Translations under genes and position numbers: made by a program
The notes under the pieces: model-generated
What the model was told of the DNA's origin: nothing
What the model saw: only the letters and a program-made list of their open reading frames with translations
The model's database searches: none
Shown here: positions 9,881 through 19,282 of the stretch, piece by piece
How the letters are laid out: every line of letters begins with the position of its first letter
How positions within the stretch are numbered: position 1 is the stretch's first letter
From: a bacterium
Lineage (GTDB): Bacteria; SZUA-182; DTGQ01
Direction of reading: 5' to 3'
Assembly (NCBI GenBank): GCA_040752695.1
Contig: JBFMGO010000004.1
Span: 13,904-77,903 of the forward strand
Length of the DNA: 64,000 nt

Positions 9881-9914
9881 AGAAGAATCAGAATCCAGGA
9901 GCAACAAGTCTATC

Positions 9915-11831
9915 ATGCCAGTGCTACCAAAAATCAATGGTCCGGAAGATGTGCGGTCGCTCGATAAAGGCGATCTTTATACCCTGGCCGGAGAGATCCG
10001 CCAATTAATCCTTGAAACCGTCTCCCGCAACGGCGGTCATCTGGCTGCCAGTCTGGGTGTGGTCGAGTTATCCATTGCTCTGCACCGGGCATTCCAATCT
10101 CCGGATGATAAAATCATCTGGGATGTGGGGCATCAGTGCTACGCTCACAAAATTCTGACCGGTCGCCGTGAATGTTTTCCTACGCTTCGCCAATATGGCG
10201 GGATAAGCGGATTTCCCAAGCGGGCCGAAAGCAGCCATGACGCCTTTGACACCGGCCACAGCAGCACCTCCATATCCGCTGCTCTGGGAATGTGCATCGC
10301 CAGGGACATAGCCGGAAAAAGCTACAAGGTCATTGCTGTCATTGGGGACGGGTCCCTGACCGGAGGGATGGCCTTCGAGGCACTCAACCATGCGGGTGAC
10401 CTGAAAAAAGACCTCCTTGTCATTTTAAATGATAATGAAATGTCCATTTCGCCGAATGTAGGAGCATTTTCCACCTACTTAAACCGCATCATCACAGGAC
10501 AACTCTACAACAGGATGAAGAGGGATATCGAAGTGATGCTCCGGTCTATTCCTCAGGTCGGATCACACATGGTAAAAATGGCCGGACGTCTGGACGAGGC
10601 AATCAAATCTTTGGTCGTACCCGGAATCATGTTCGAAGAACTGGGGTTTAAATACATCGGCCCTATCCCCGGTCACAACCTGAGCACCCTGATTGACACG
10701 CTCTGTGCTGTTAAAAAATTTAATAAACCCATTTTACTCCATATTGTGACTAAAAAAGGCAAGGGATACGCTCCAGCGGAACGAAAACCCTCAGCTTACC
10801 ACAGCGCGCCTCCTTTCGTGATAGAATCGGGAGCTTTCAATCTTCGCAAAAAAGGAGATATCCCCAGTTACACCAAAATTTTCTCCCAGGCTCTCATAAA
10901 GATTGCCCGAGACAACCCTAAAATCGTGGGTATTACTGCCGCCATGCCCGAGGGGACAGGACTTGACCGCTTCGCCCAGGTTTTTCCCAACCGGTTTTTC
11001 GATGTGGGGATCGCCGAGCAGCATGCCGTGACCCTGGCCGCGGGGATGGCCTGTCAGGGCCTTGTACCTGTCGTATCGATCTATTCCACCTTCCTGCAAA
11101 GAGCCTATGACCAGATTCTCCACGATGTCTGCCTGCAAAACCTGCCGGTCATCTTTGCCATTGACCGGGCCGGCCTGGTGGGAGAGGATGGCCCTACCCA
11201 TCAGGGGAATTTCGACCTGTCATATTTGCGTTCCATGCCCAATATCATCCTGATGGCACCCAAGGATGAGAATGAATTACAGCGCATGCTCTATACGGCT
11301 ACTTTGCAAAACTGCCCGGTTGCCATCCGGTATCCCCGCGGCAATGGGGTGGGTGTCGCGCTGGAGGCATCATTGCAATCAATCCCGATCGGAAGGGGAG
11401 AGGTACTGAACAGGGGAAAGGACATAACCCTTCTTGCTATCGGAAGCATGGTGAATGTTGCCTGTGCCGCTTCAACGCACCTGCTCGATCAGGGAATTTC
11501 CGCCCAGGTCATCAATGCCCGCTTTGTGAAGCCCCTTGATCGGGAACTGATCACTCAGGCAGCCCGGCAAACGGCGCGAATCCTGACCATCGAGGAAAAT
11601 GTATTACCGGGCGGGTTCGGCAGTGCCGTTATGGAACTGCTGGAGCAGGAAGATATATGGCCAATGCACCTTAAGCGCATCGGCATCCCTGATCACTATG
11701 CAGCCTCAGGGCCGAAGAACGTGCTTATGAAGGAATTAGGTCTGGATGTGACCGGAGTCACATCTACGGCCGCCCGACTTTGCGCATTAGAACAGATCAG
11801 CCATATAAGCCGATACCTGGCTAAAGGTTAG
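9915..11831 (+). CDS. dxs: 1-deoxy-D-xylulose-5-phosphate synthase
   Basis: Motifs GGHLAASLGVVELSIALH, the TPP motif GDGSLTGGMAFEALN and IAEQHAVTLAAG. The start is set at ATG 9915 (MPVLPKINGPEDV). The track ORF start at 9669 overlaps ispA and is unlikely. Confidence 0.93.
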   Translation: MPVLPKINGPEDVRSLDKGDLYTLAGEIRQLILETVSRNGGHLAASLGVVELSIALHRAFQSPDDKIIWDVGHQCYAHKILTGRRECFPTLRQYGGISGFPKRAESSHDAFDTGHSSTSISAALGMCIARDIAGKSYKVIAVIGDGSLTGGMAFEALNHAGDLKKDLLVILNDNEMSISPNVGAFSTYLNRIITGQLYNRMKRDIEVMLRSIPQVGSHMVKMAGRLDEAIKSLVVPGIMFEELGFKYIGPIPGHNLSTLIDTLCAVKKFNKPILLHIVTKKGKGYAPAERKPSAYHSAPPFVIESGAFNLRKKGDIPSYTKIFSQALIKIARDNPKIVGITAAMPEGTGLDRFAQVFPNRFFDVGIAEQHAVTLAAGMACQGLVPVVSIYSTFLQRAYDQILHDVCLQNLPVIFAIDRAGLVGEDGPTHQGNFDLSYLRSMPNIILMAPKDENELQRMLYTATLQNCPVAIRYPRGNGVGVALEASLQSIPIGRGEVLNRGKDITLLAIGSMVNVACAASTHLLDQGISAQVINARFVKPLDRELITQAARQTARILTIEENVLPGGFGSAVMELLEQEDIWPMHLKRIGIPDHYAASGPKNVLMKELGLDVTGVTSTAARLCALEQISHISRYLAKG

Positions 11832-11846
11832 CGTGAGAGCATCTCC

Positions 11847-13316
11847 ATGAACAGACGACCAGGCAAAGCATTTCTTTTCCTTGTTGTTTCCTTGCTCACC
11901 CTGGCAGGCGGATGCTCCTATCTTGGCCTTGTTCCCTACACCAGTCTCGTTCAGAAGAAAAAGCAGTTACTCGCAGGAGGAAATCTTAACAAGGCCGTCC
12001 AATCTCTCGAAAAAGAGGCTCATTCCGGCAGCAGTCAAGTCCTTAACCTCCTCGAACAGGGAATGGTCCGGCATGTTCAGGGTGATTACCAAGCCAGCCT
12101 TGAATCTTTCAAACAGGCTCTTTCCAAGATCAGAGACTACGAAGAACGGGCGGTCATCAGCGCCCGAAGCGTGGCCAGTCAAATGCTCACCCTTCCTTTG
12201 AACGATAATGCTATTCCCTATTACGGCTATCCTTTCGAAAGGATTTTAGTCAATACCTACCAGGCCATGAACTACCTCTTCCTGGGCAATCCCGAAGAGG
12301 CCAGAGTAGAGGTCCGGCAGGCAGATCTGCGGCAGACCAGGGAACTGGAGCGGCACAACAAACAAATCAGTGAATATCAGAAATGGGGAGGCAGTAAGGG
12401 AATCGATCTCGGGAGCTATTCTCAGGTGCAAAGGGTTCAAAAAGAAATGCACGATTTAAGCGGCAGATCAGCCTTGAGCTCCTTCCAAAACGCTTTCACC
12501 TACTATCTTTCAGGGATTATCTATGAGCTCAATGGTGAGGCTAACGATGCCTATATCGATTACAAGAAGGCCCACCAGTTGAGCCCCCGCTGTGCATCCA
12601 TTCAGGCAGATCTTTTACGTCTTTCTCAAAAGCTGGGATTCCGGGAAGAATACGCCGAATGGGCCAGCCGTTTTCAAGACCTGCCCCAGGGCGAATTAAC
12701 GCGCTCATCCGGCAGCGACAGCGGAGCAGAGATGATCCTTTTTTATGAAGCAGGATTTATCTCTCAGAAAGAACAGATCAAGATTACCCTTCCGATACAT
12801 AAGACGCTGTTCAGTATTGCCCTGCCGGTCTATACCAGTCAAAGCCTTCACACCGAGGATACCTTGCCGGTTGAGGTCCGCGATTTCGGCATTTCTCTTG
12901 GAACCACCAGCCAGGTCGTGAATCTTGACACATTGGCCATCAAATCCCTGGTAGAACAATTGCCGATTATCCTCACCCGCCAGATTGCCCGCGTCATCAG
13001 TAAGTCTGCCATCAGCAATCAGGCGCAGAAAAACACTGGAGATATTGGCTTTTTGGCCACAAGCCTTTATAATGTTATCAGCGAAAACGCCGACCTGAGA
13101 AACTGGCTGCTCCTGCCCAACAACATCCAGGTGCTTCGCGGCCAGGTACCTTCCGGGAATCATGAATTCGAATGGCGTTTGCAGAACCGCTTCGGTCAGG
13201 TGCTGATCATGCAAAAGACCCAGGTAAATTTGAAGGAGGGCGATACCCTTTTGGTAAACCTTCGATCTATAGAGGGCCGGCTGTTTAGCAACTATACGGT
13301 ACTTCATCGCAGGTAA
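11847..13316 (+). CDS. Large TPR-like lipoprotein of unknown function (possibly the COG3014-type partner of YcfL/LpoB)
   Basis: 489 aa with a lipobox LTLAGGC at residues 17-23. It has TPR-like helices (YQAMNYLFLGNPEEARVEVRQA; AFTYYLSGIIYELNGEANDAYIDYKKAHQLSP). The family name is from memory. Confidence 0.7.
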   Translation: MNRRPGKAFLFLVVSLLTLAGGCSYLGLVPYTSLVQKKKQLLAGGNLNKAVQSLEKEAHSGSSQVLNLLEQGMVRHVQGDYQASLESFKQALSKIRDYEERAVISARSVASQMLTLPLNDNAIPYYGYPFERILVNTYQAMNYLFLGNPEEARVEVRQADLRQTRELERHNKQISEYQKWGGSKGIDLGSYSQVQRVQKEMHDLSGRSALSSFQNAFTYYLSGIIYELNGEANDAYIDYKKAHQLSPRCASIQADLLRLSQKLGFREEYAEWASRFQDLPQGELTRSSGSDSGAEMILFYEAGFISQKEQIKITLPIHKTLFSIALPVYTSQSLHTEDTLPVEVRDFGISLGTTSQVVNLDTLAIKSLVEQLPIILTRQIARVISKSAISNQAQKNTGDIGFLATSLYNVISENADLRNWLLLPNNIQVLRGQVPSGNHEFEWRLQNRFGQVLIMQKTQVNLKEGDTLLVNLRSIEGRLFSNYTVLHRR

Positions 13317-13358
13317 TTAAGCGTTATATAACCAGATGCAAGATGAAGGAGGAAAAAG

Positions 13359-13589
13359 ATGAATCCACTCTTGCAGCGCATTTCCATTGACCCTAACACA
13401 TGCTTTGGCAAACCCCATATTCGTGGTACACGAATATGGGTCTCTTTACTCTTCGACTTTCTGGCCGATGGAATGAGTATCGGGGAGATCCTTCAAGAAT
13501 ATCCTCAACTGACTGAGGATGATATACGGGCCGCTATCGCCTATGGGGCCGAGATGCCCAGAGACCGTTATGTTGAAATTCCCATTTAG
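13359..13589 (+). CDS. DUF433 small protein, second copy with no DUF5615 partner
   Basis: 76 aa with DPNTCFGKPHIRGTRIWV...ILQEYPQLTEDDIRAAIAYG. There is a strong GAAGGAGG SD upstream. It is a paralog of the 6723 gene, roughly 40% identical by eye. Confidence 0.8.
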   Translation: MNPLLQRISIDPNTCFGKPHIRGTRIWVSLLFDFLADGMSIGEILQEYPQLTEDDIRAAIAYGAEMPRDRYVEIPI

Positions 13590-13660
13590 GATTCATCAGT
13601 CAGAAATGGATAATGAGAATAGCTGTTAAAAGGATACACATAAAAAAAGGAGGACACAGT

Positions 13661-14080
13661 ATGTTTAAAAAATTATTGCTTTTAGCTGCTGCCTGCTGCA
13701 TCCTTGTTTCTTCCTGTGCTCCCGTTACCAGCAGTAATGTCGGAGGAGGACAGGCGCTGCCGCAAGGGGGAGGGGATTATGCCTTCAGCAATTTTGTCCT
13801 GATCAATAACAAAGCCCTCTTGCGGGACTTGCAGATTACGGACATACGGCAAAAGATGGTCAATGACCTGATGCAGGTGCAGGTGCAGGTCCTGAATAAA
13901 ACCAGCAGGACTTTTTCCATCCAGTACTCTTTCAGTTGGTTTGATGCCTCCGGGTTTCAGGTTGTAGGTGTAGGTGAGCACTGGATACCTGCGGTAATGA
14001 ATGGAAACGAAGTCAAAAGTCTGAACGGGGTAGCGCCGACTCCCGAAGCCACTCAGTTCAAGATTCAAATTCGAAAGTAA
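13661..14080 (+). CDS. ycfL: YcfL-like (DUF1425) periplasmic lipoprotein
   Basis: The start is set at ATG 13661 after AAAGGAGG. It has a signal peptide with lipobox LVSSC and the YSFSWFDASGFQV motif characteristic of YcfL. It lies directly upstream of lpoB, as in E. coli. Confidence 0.75.
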   Translation: MFKKLLLLAAACCILVSSCAPVTSSNVGGGQALPQGGGDYAFSNFVLINNKALLRDLQITDIRQKMVNDLMQVQVQVLNKTSRTFSIQYSFSWFDASGFQVVGVGEHWIPAVMNGNEVKSLNGVAPTPEATQFKIQIRK

Positions 14081-14122
14081 AAAAACACCTTTTGGAATCG
14101 CACTCGAAAGGAGGAGTATGCT

Positions 14123-14722
14123 ATGATTCGCAATGTGAGATTTTTTCTGAGCGTTATAGTCACAGCCCTGCTTGGTCTTGCACTGTTTGGATGTCCCACC
14201 ACTGTCCAGTACGGAGATCCTGGAGCAGTGGATACCATGACGCTTGATTTTGGTTCCACCGACCTCCAGACCATCGCCGAAAAGATGGTCCAGTCTCTTT
14301 TAGTCAGTCCGGTGCTCGGTGATAAACGGCCAGTGCTCTTTGTCAGCCAGGTCAAGAACAAGACTGCCGAGCACATCGACACCAAATCGATTACGGACTC
14401 GATCAGCACGGCACTTTTGAAATCCGGAAAAGTCCGCTTTACCGCTGCCAGCGAAATCAATAAGGACTTGCTGGAGCAACTGGAATACCAGCAGAATGCC
14501 GGTCTGGTGAATCCCGCAACGCAAAAGCAATTCGGCAAACAGATTGGTGCGGACTACATGCTCTATGGCGAGATCACTTCCATCAATAAATCGGCAGGCA
14601 GAAAAAAGGACGTCTACTACAAAATCACCCTCAAATTAGCCGATATCGAAAGCGGCATCATTGAGTGGGCGGACGAGAAGGAAATCCGGAAAGGGTCTCA
14701 GAAAGCCTTTCTTGGGATGTAA
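14123..14722 (+). CDS. lpoB: LpoB/YcfM family lipoprotein (penicillin-binding protein activator LpoB-like)
   Basis: 199 aa with lipobox LALFGC. Conserved stretches are VLFVSQVKNKTAEHIDTKSITDSISTALLKSGK and ADYMLYGEITSI...YYKITLKLADIESG, typical of COG3417/LpoB. Confidence 0.8.
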   Translation: MIRNVRFFLSVIVTALLGLALFGCPTTVQYGDPGAVDTMTLDFGSTDLQTIAEKMVQSLLVSPVLGDKRPVLFVSQVKNKTAEHIDTKSITDSISTALLKSGKVRFTAASEINKDLLEQLEYQQNAGLVNPATQKQFGKQIGADYMLYGEITSINKSAGRKKDVYYKITLKLADIESGIIEWADEKEIRKGSQKAFLGM

Positions 14723-14784
14723 GGAAATGCAAGGAAATGTAAAGAAAGGAAGTTACCGGTTAAAGAGAGAAAGGAGAAATAGAT

Positions 14785-15453
14785 ATGGTTCAGAAAGCAA
14801 AAAAACCAGCCATGAATCGGCTCGGTTTGCGGCTGATAGGAATCCTGGCTCTTGGTATGGTTCTGATCATCCCAAAAGCGGTATCGGCCCAGGACGATAA
14901 TGCGGGATTCGGTCTGCACCTTAGTTGGACGCAGTACACGGAAATTTCCGGGAACCGGAATGATGTGAAGGTTTCTCAACAGATTGCTCAGATAGCCTAC
15001 CGGGACCCGCAGGCTTTCCGGCTTTCCTTTGGCCTTGGGCTGGAGGAAATCGACGATCTTCCGGAGTACGGGGGTGAGATCGACGACGCCCTCTGCTTTC
15101 AAGCGACAGGAGCCTTTTACCTTGCCCCGAACCTGGAGTTTGGCATCCCGGCCGATCTTTCCCTAACTGCCGAGTATAGCCGGGCCCGACACGATGCAGG
15201 TGATGATAAACTGACCCATCAGCGCATCATCGCAACAGCCACTATGGAGTGGGATTTCCCTCCAGCCACACCTTATATCCGCGTCGGAGCACTCTATGCA
15301 TCGCTGGATTCTCCCGATAAAGATGAAGATAACACCTCGGCTCTTTTCATCGGCGGAGTCCGCTTCTCTCTGGCCCAGAGGCTTTCTCTGGGGGCTGAGT
15401 TCAATATCAGCCAGGATATCGGCTTTGGCGCTCTTTTAGGCTACTCTTTTTAA
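14785..15453 (+). CDS. Small outer-membrane beta-barrel protein
   Basis: 222 aa with signal peptide ...IPKAVSA/QDD. It has alternating hydrophobic beta-strand patterning and a C-terminal aromatic signature ...FGALLGYSF. Confidence 0.65.
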   Translation: MVQKAKKPAMNRLGLRLIGILALGMVLIIPKAVSAQDDNAGFGLHLSWTQYTEISGNRNDVKVSQQIAQIAYRDPQAFRLSFGLGLEEIDDLPEYGGEIDDALCFQATGAFYLAPNLEFGIPADLSLTAEYSRARHDAGDDKLTHQRIIATATMEWDFPPATPYIRVGALYASLDSPDKDEDNTSALFIGGVRFSLAQRLSLGAEFNISQDIGFGALLGYSF

Positions 15454-15494
15454 AAGGTGAGTTGTGTTTTTCAGAGTGCGGTGTATCAGATGAA

Positions 15495-16721
15495 CTACTC
15501 TCCATGACCAAAGGGCCGGTGGGGCCCCTTCTTGTCACGGCCATCCTCGCCGGAAGCAACAATGGCAATCTTGGTACCTACTGGCCCGAAGATCTCATTA
15601 AACGTTACCGAAGCCAAGACCAGGGCTGTAATCAAAGGTGCAATCTGAGGACACTGTTCTCCGATGACCATGACCAGGGCTATGGCTACACCGGCCTGGG
15701 GCAGCATGGCCAGTCCCAGATATTTCTTCACCGATTCCGAAGCGTGACTCAGCCTTCCTCCCAAATAGGTTCCCAGCACCTTGCCGGCTCCCCGCGCCAG
15801 GATAAAGGCCATAGCAGCAGCCCAGTTTCTAAGGAGAATAGATACATTCAGCGTTGCTCCGGCCAGAGTAAAAAAACAGATCAGAATCGGTAACTCTATG
15901 TCTTCCATCAAAATGGAAATATGAGGTCTTGAGCTGAAATTCGTCAGGATATAACCATAGCTCATATTTAAAAGGAGGCTGGAAAGCCCGAATATTTCTC
16001 CCATCTCTCCAGCTAAAAAAGCAAAACCCAGTAATACCACCACAACTTCATGCTTTTCCTTGACCTTTCGCAGCAAAAAAATGACCAGAAATCCCACCAC
16101 TATCCCGCAGGCCATGGAACCGCCAATCTCCCAGAGCGGTTTTTTTAAAATCTTGATCCAGGAAAAGTCATGGGCAGCTCCGTTGAGTAAGATTCCGGAA
16201 ACTGCCAGGGCAATGCCAAATAAAATAACACATACGGCGTCATCAAGTGCTACGATAGCCATCAGGGTATCGGTAAGGGGGCCGTGGGCTTTATACTCGT
16301 GGATCACGGCCACTGTGGCCGCAGGCGCAGTTGCCGAGCCAATGGCACCCAAAAGGAGGGCGGTATGGAGTGGTACATGCAAAAGCCATCGCATGACCAG
16401 AGTGACGATGAAAAATGCTCCGGCTACCTGTGTGAGAGTAATAATGATTACGGATTTTCCTAATCGCCGCAGTTTCCTGTTATTTAAATCCGAACCAATG
16501 ATAAGCGCAACCATGCTCAAACCAAGGACTTCGATGAATCTCAGATGATGAACCATCGGCCTGCGGATGATGCTCATCCCGGATCCCAGCAGGATACCGC
16601 AAAGAACATAGCCGGTTATGGCGGGAAGCTTTAAAAGGCGAATCGCTTTTCCGGCACCGAACCCTCCGAGAAGCAAAAGGCCAAGGATGATGATCTGATT
16701 TTCTCTCAAAAGGGTTACCAT
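15495..16721 (-). CDS. Cation:proton antiporter (CPA1/CPA2 Na+/H+ exchanger family), no KTN domain
   Basis: 408 aa, polytopic with about 11-12 hydrophobic helices. The N-terminus LPAITGYVLCGILLGS is typical of Kef/NapA-type exchangers. Confidence 0.8.
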   Translation of the reverse strand: MVTLLRENQIIILGLLLLGGFGAGKAIRLLKLPAITGYVLCGILLGSGMSIIRRPMVHHLRFIEVLGLSMVALIIGSDLNNRKLRRLGKSVIIITLTQVAGAFFIVTLVMRWLLHVPLHTALLLGAIGSATAPAATVAVIHEYKAHGPLTDTLMAIVALDDAVCVILFGIALAVSGILLNGAAHDFSWIKILKKPLWEIGGSMACGIVVGFLVIFLLRKVKEKHEVVVVLLGFAFLAGEMGEIFGLSSLLLNMSYGYILTNFSSRPHISILMEDIELPILICFFTLAGATLNVSILLRNWAAAMAFILARGAGKVLGTYLGGRLSHASESVKKYLGLAMLPQAGVAIALVMVIGEQCPQIAPLITALVLASVTFNEIFGPVGTKIAIVASGEDGRDKKGPHRPFGHGE

Positions 16722-16811
16722 CGTTCTTTCATGTGGCCTTCAAAAGCCTGTATAAAGCCTCATAGTGCAGAATCAGACACAGCAGTCCCGTCACCGGCTT
16801 CAGGGTAATCT

Positions 16812-18011
16812 TCATCCTTTTGACTCCTCCTGCAACCTGCGAAGGATGCTCGAAGCGACGGGAGGGCAGCCGGGAATATAGACCCCCCTCTCCTTATGCC
16901 TGGCCGTACAGTTACCGATAAGGACTATTCCTGGTGGCGGATCATGAAGGTCTTTACCGATTCCCAGAATCAATTTTCCATCATGGAATAAAGATGGCGG
17001 AACCTGAGGCAGGAATCTCCGCAGAAAGAGCAGGGTTGTGGATAAGCAGGCGCTGCATGAATTGCAGTCATGAACGACGACATTGGGGTATTGAATGGAA
17101 ATTTTTTTTGGTGGTGGAGAAAAAGGTTGCCGGAAATCGAGATATGCATCCGGCACGATGTGCATTTTTTTGAGCTCGATCTCACCTATTCCCCGCTCGG
17201 CTGCCATTCTCAGGTGAGGAATCGAGCCAGCCTCAAAGCCCATCAGGCAGGCGGCAACGGCATCGGCGGCCAGACAATCCCGGCTGGCCACTATCAGCCC
17301 TACGCTCTTCGCGTTTCCCTCGCTGGGCCCCAATCCCTCAAGACCGACGGTTCCATCGATCAGAGCCAGGTCGGGCCGCAGGACTTCGGCTAAATCAGCA
17401 ATAGCCACATCCAGTGCCCTGCCCTGACCCTCTGGAAGGGCAGGATACTCCAACTGGTGTAAACGGACTTTTTCCCTCCGCCAGAGAGTTCCTTTCATGT
17501 TTTTGATGCTCAGGCTGACACCGGTGTGCATATGGGTTTTCATTACCGGAATGGAAACCAGATAATCAACTTCCCGAACGGCTGCGCAAACGCGAAGTTT
17601 TCTCAACACCTTCCCCTGCGGGACGGGTAAGGTAAAGGGTGGCCGGTCATCAAGATCGACCAGAGAAACTCCTCTCTGCCGGGCGATTTCAGCCATTTCC
17701 GCTTTTTCCAGTGCTTCCAGAGCCTTTACACCTAAAATGGGACTTTCGCCCAGGAGTATTTCGGCAGGGTTGAACTGCTGGAAAAAATCAATGGCAGCGG
17801 CTATGACCACTGGATGGGTGGTCACGCCCGATCTGGCTGGCACCAGCCGTCCGGCATTCGGTTTGAGCAAAATCCTTTTCCCCTGTAACGGGGGCAGGTG
17901 CAGGGTCTTAAGAGCACTAAAGACATTCTCATAGGGATCATCCCCTCTGGTTACTGCAACCAGGGGAGGAAGAGCATTCTCTTCTGAAGTTGGTGGAGAT
18001 TTTTTTTCCAT
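16812..18011 (-). CDS. DUF362 domain protein with a C-terminal Cys-rich extension
   Basis: 399 aa with GKRILLKPNAGRLV and PVMKTHMHTGVSLSIKNMKG, typical of DUF362. The C-terminus carries HDCNSCSACLS and GNCTARH...IPGCPP. Confidence 0.7.
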   Translation of the reverse strand: MEKKSPPTSEENALPPLVAVTRGDDPYENVFSALKTLHLPPLQGKRILLKPNAGRLVPARSGVTTHPVVIAAAIDFFQQFNPAEILLGESPILGVKALEALEKAEMAEIARQRGVSLVDLDDRPPFTLPVPQGKVLRKLRVCAAVREVDYLVSIPVMKTHMHTGVSLSIKNMKGTLWRREKVRLHQLEYPALPEGQGRALDVAIADLAEVLRPDLALIDGTVGLEGLGPSEGNAKSVGLIVASRDCLAADAVAACLMGFEAGSIPHLRMAAERGIGEIELKKMHIVPDAYLDFRQPFSPPPKKISIQYPNVVVHDCNSCSACLSTTLLFLRRFLPQVPPSLFHDGKLILGIGKDLHDPPPGIVLIGNCTARHKERGVYIPGCPPVASSILRRLQEESKG

Positions 18012-18033
18012 CTTACCTTCTTTTTTAAGGGAC

Positions 18034-18846
18034 TCAGCACATCTTGGGATAGGAGCCGAGGATTTTCAGAAAAGCCGCTTTCCCTTCGATCTTTTGCAAG
18101 GCTTCGGCTACTTTGGAATCTGTTCGATGTCCTTCAAAATCGATATAAAAAATGTAATCTCCAAGTTTTCCGGATGGACGAGACTCAATTTTTGTCAGGT
18201 TGATGTTCCGTACCCTGAACTCCTCCAGCATTTCACACAGGATTCCAGGCCGATCAGCGACCGGATAAACCACCAGGCTGGTTTTATCTCTTCCGGTTCT
18301 CTCTCTAGTATCTTCTTCGGCAATAACGGCAAAGCGGGTTACATTAAATTTGCTGTCCTGAATGTTTTTTTCCAGTAAGGTAAGGTGATATATCTGAGCA
18401 GCGATAGCCGGCACAATGGCAGCGTACTCGGGACTGGTCTGCTCAAGAAGCATTTCAGCAGACCTTGCATTGCTGCTGGTCTCGATAATTTCCGCTCCGG
18501 CGAGCCTGGTGCGCAAAAAGGTCTTGCATTGCGCATGGGTTTGGGGATGGGCATAGATCACCTTAATTCCATCGAGCCCTCCTCGACCTGCCAGATTATG
18601 TTTGATTGGAAGCACAGTTTCTGCTTTCATGTACAGGCTAAAATGGAGAAAGGCGTCCAGTGTAAAACCTACAGAGCCCGTGATCGAGTTCTCGATGGGG
18701 ACCATGCCCAGTTCCCCTTCTCCTGCGGCAGTTCCCTCGAAGACATCCCATACCGTATGTTTGAATATAATTTCTGCCTGTTCCAGATATCCGATCACTG
18801 CCTCATGACTGAACGTGCCCTTTGGTCCAAGGGTAATAATTCGCAT
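18034..18846 (-). CDS. pheA: Prephenate dehydratase (monofunctional, with ACT domain)
   Basis: 270 aa with MRIITLGPKGTFSHEA, VPIENSITGSV and ACT region TSLVVYPVADRPGILCEMLEEF...NLTKIESRP. Confidence 0.9.
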   Translation of the reverse strand: MRIITLGPKGTFSHEAVIGYLEQAEIIFKHTVWDVFEGTAAGEGELGMVPIENSITGSVGFTLDAFLHFSLYMKAETVLPIKHNLAGRGGLDGIKVIYAHPQTHAQCKTFLRTRLAGAEIIETSSNARSAEMLLEQTSPEYAAIVPAIAAQIYHLTLLEKNIQDSKFNVTRFAVIAEEDTRERTGRDKTSLVVYPVADRPGILCEMLEEFRVRNINLTKIESRPSGKLGDYIFYIDFEGHRTDSKVAEALQKIEGKAAFLKILGSYPKMC

Positions 18847-19124
18847 TCTCTCTTCCTCCTTTATCCAAATGACTCCCTTGTTTGTTCCCCTTTGAGCATC
18901 ATATCATAACGAGCAGGTTTTTATCACCCTTCACCCTATTGTAATAGAGATTATCTTTTCGAGTCAAATAAAATGATATTTCATGCATCCAACAAAAGCT
19001 CTCACGATCTAAAGCCGGATCTTTTTCTTTCCGAAACAGAAAAAGAGAGTAACCAACGCATTTGACCGCTCGTCTAATAGGTTGAAACTGGTTAGGCAAC
19101 GAGCTCTTTCAAGGAGATAAGACC

Positions 19125-19247
19125 ATGAACATTATCATAGAAACGATATTGCTGGGGTTTTTGGGTGGATGGCTGATCATTGCCATTCCTGTGCCGATAA
19201 TCACGGGTATCATTCTCGACTATCAAATGGCGCACAGCCACACCTAG
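19125..19247 (+). CDS. Candidate small membrane protein (40 aa), below the ORF-track threshold
   Basis: AAGGAG lies 8 nt upstream of ATG 19125. Translation is MNIIIETILLGFLGGWLIIAIPVPIITGIILDYQMAHSHT, stop TAG 19245-19247, with one clear transmembrane segment. It is convergent with pstB. Confidence 0.4.
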   Translation: MNIIIETILLGFLGGWLIIAIPVPIITGIILDYQMAHSHT

Positions 19248-19282
19248 AGAAGGAAAGTTTCATCGCTTTTCAAGGCAGTTAC

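Noticed and set aside
9669-9914. An 82-codon N-terminal extension of the dxs ORF that overlaps ispA.
   Set aside because: The extension has no similarity to Dxs N-termini and overlaps the ispA coding end. ATG 9915 gives the canonical start context MPVLPKINGPEDV.
12705-13307. A 200-aa antisense ORF inside the lipoprotein gene. The 284-aa antisense ORF at 46516-47370 inside mrdA is a similar case.
   Set aside because: Both lie opposite well-supported genes and lack SDs and motifs. They are typical shadow ORFs of mid-GC coding sequence.
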